Shown: positions 62,443 to 64,000 of the stretch, piece after piece
How the letters are laid out: every line of letters begins with the position of its first letter
Numbering within the stretch: position 1 is the stretch's first letter
Virus record (IMG/VR): IMGVR_UViG_3300039379_000022
Coordinates: 21,783-85,782 of that record
DNA length: 64,000 nucleotides
Strand: one strand, 5' to 3'
DNA from: a virus
Notes under the pieces: generated by a model
Seen by the model: the letters and a program-made list of their open reading frames with translations, nothing else
What the model was told of the DNA's origin: nothing
The model's database searches: none
Made by a program: the position numbers and the translations under genes

Positions 62443-63981
62443 CTAATCATTTTGTATCATAGAAAACATAGGCCTTATACCTGTGTCACTATAATCATTA
62501 CCTTCTGTATTTGATACAGCTTTTGGCTTAATCGTACCATCTTCCAAATCAACAACATAGATTTTATCATCTGTATCATGTTCAGGTGTCCTTAACCAAT
62601 AAGAAGAACAAAATGAATTCATCTGTGTTTCAGGATTTTCTGAATCACTGCCATTAAATTTCCACAGATAGTCTTTAAGTAAGATTGCTTCATAGACGGA
62701 TGGGATAAATAGTTTTGATTCCATATACTGTTTTGTCATGTTGTGCTTTTTCAGTAAGTTTTCATTTAAATTTGAAAATCCATTTTTTTGTGTCTGTCCA
62801 CTATATGATTCGTCCACACCTATGTTTACAGAGGTTGTATCAAATAATGTATCTGTAGCATGCTCATCTAACCATGCTTTGATATTGGAATACTTATAGT
62901 TGTTATTAGTACCAAAGAATAAGGTTTCAATGTTTTCAGTTGTTTCATCATTCACAATATCTGCCTTGATGATTTCATCACATAAGAACAACGCCATTTT
63001 TTTTGAAGTATTGGTTTTGTCTTTATATGCTTCACTCACACATCGGAAAAGATATATCTTTCCATCAATTTCCCGTTCCTGGACATCACCAAGTTTCCAT
63101 ATATAGGTTGGCTTTTCTGTTGTTTCTGGTTTATCTAACAGAATAACCGGTCTTGCAGCATAATTGTTTGCTTCTGTCACAGGAATTTCCGTACCATCAG
63201 ATAATATGATATCAGAACCATTTGTTGTTTTCGTTAAATAGGTTCCAGATGGGAACAAATACTTATTTTCGGCTTCCGATTCGTACTTTTCAATTTCCTC
63301 TTTTGTTAATATTGAGATTCGGTCACCACCCATTGATTGTAAGGAACCTTTTACATCCGTAAGTCCGTCGGCAAAAGCATCGTTTAAGAAATTCCTAAGT
63401 GCTGAATTTTCAAATGCCACCTGATTGTTAAATGAATATTCTCCATATATTGATGAGTCGATATCATTTTCGCACATATATAACATCTTACCAGTTCCTT
63501 GGTAATCATCATCGATACAAACAAAACGATATTGATGCGTTCCAAGTCCTAGTGCTCCAGAATTGAACTCAACAATGATTTCATCACCTAAAATTTGTGT
63601 AAAAGCTCTTAGTCCACATACATCACAGATGGAATCATGATTCAAATCTTTATGCCCAAGAGCTGGAACAATCGTTGAAACTTCCTTACCACATTTTTCA
63701 CATCGTAGTTTCTCACTTCCATTTACTAAACAACTGCCATTTACAATCTTGATTTTCTCCCAATCATGTTCACAATCAGCCTCCTGCCACGTCCTGGAAA
63801 TATGGATTTCAGATACATAGTAAGTTTTTCCGTTGATTTCAAAAGTATCCACTACTTCATTGCTAAAGTTGGCCAGATCATATTTTATCATCAATGTTCC
63901 TGGATTAATTAGTTTTGTATCATAATCTTCTCCAATGACATAAAATTTCTTTTCCTTTGCATCCGTGATTTTGGAGACCAT
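62443..63981 (-). CDS. hypothetical Cys-rich protein (5' end may lie beyond window)
   Basis: 512+ aa; Cys cluster CEHDWEKI...CLVNGSEKLRCEKCGKE...CDVCG; no stop in frame in the 19 nt between the annotated ATG and the window edge. Confidence 0.4.
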   Translation of the reverse strand: MVSKITDAKEKKFYVIGEDYDTKLINPGTLMIKYDLANFSNEVVDTFEINGKTYYVSEIHISRTWQEADCEHDWEKIKIVNGSCLVNGSEKLRCEKCGKEVSTIVPALGHKDLNHDSICDVCGLRAFTQILGDEIIVEFNSGALGLGTHQYRFVCIDDDYQGTGKMLYMCENDIDSSIYGEYSFNNQVAFENSALRNFLNDAFADGLTDVKGSLQSMGGDRISILTKEEIEKYESEAENKYLFPSGTYLTKTTNGSDIILSDGTEIPVTEANNYAARPVILLDKPETTEKPTYIWKLGDVQEREIDGKIYLFRCVSEAYKDKTNTSKKMALFLCDEIIKADIVNDETTENIETLFFGTNNNYKYSNIKAWLDEHATDTLFDTTSVNIGVDESYSGQTQKNGFSNLNENLLKKHNMTKQYMESKLFIPSVYEAILLKDYLWKFNGSDSENPETQMNSFCSSYWLRTPEHDTDDKIYVVDLEDGTIKPKAVSNTEGNDYSDTGIRPMFSMIQND

Positions 63982-64000
63982 ATTCTCGAAAAGTGTTAAA

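Overview
Low-GC (~30-33%) Firmicutes-type chromosomal segment, gene-dense, with most genes on the minus strand. The style (AT-rich, giant surface proteins, choline-binding-like cell-wall-binding repeats) suggests an Erysipelotrichia/Clostridia-like gut anaerobe; this is inference from composition and domain content only. Recognisable housekeeping genes: recA, rarA, ftsH, a CCA-adding tRNA nucleotidyltransferase, a PIN-PhoH (YlaK-like) ATPase, a MecA-like adaptor, a MiaB/RimO-family methylthiotransferase, and a CIRCE-controlled dnaK. Accessory content: a PcfK-like/PcfJ-like pair at the left edge (conjugative-element hallmark). A class B-like sortase with a divergent XRE regulator lies about 6 kb from a 9.6-kb gene for a 3186-aa adhesin built from tandem SpaA/CnaB-like Ig-fold repeats and ending in an LPXTG-like variant FSKTG, a hydrophobic segment and a basic tail. 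There is a second 6.5-kb gene for a 2165-aa surface protein with a poly-Gly linker and C-terminal cell-wall-binding repeats, plus several secreted cell-wall-binding-repeat proteins, including a transglutaminase-like one. Three compact operons of uncharacterised genes stand out as candidate novel systems: a five-gene operon ending in a eukaryotic-like CX5R phosphatase; a radical-SAM operon whose enzyme has a 7-Cys N-terminal extension, next to an HExxH protein; and a translationally coupled P-loop kinase - methylthiotransferase - nucleotidyltransferase-fold trio. A gene-decay zone (27.7-31 kb) holds a frame-disrupted ankyrin gene and a dnaK carrying a +1 frameshift plus an in-frame TAA, although it has a perfect CIRCE operator, a strong RBS and its own terminator. 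No rRNA, tRNA, CRISPR array, transposase or integrase was seen. Many intrinsic terminators are visible as GC-rich hairpins followed by T-tracts. I cannot assign the window to a known defence system; the candidate novel systems are flagged as inference.
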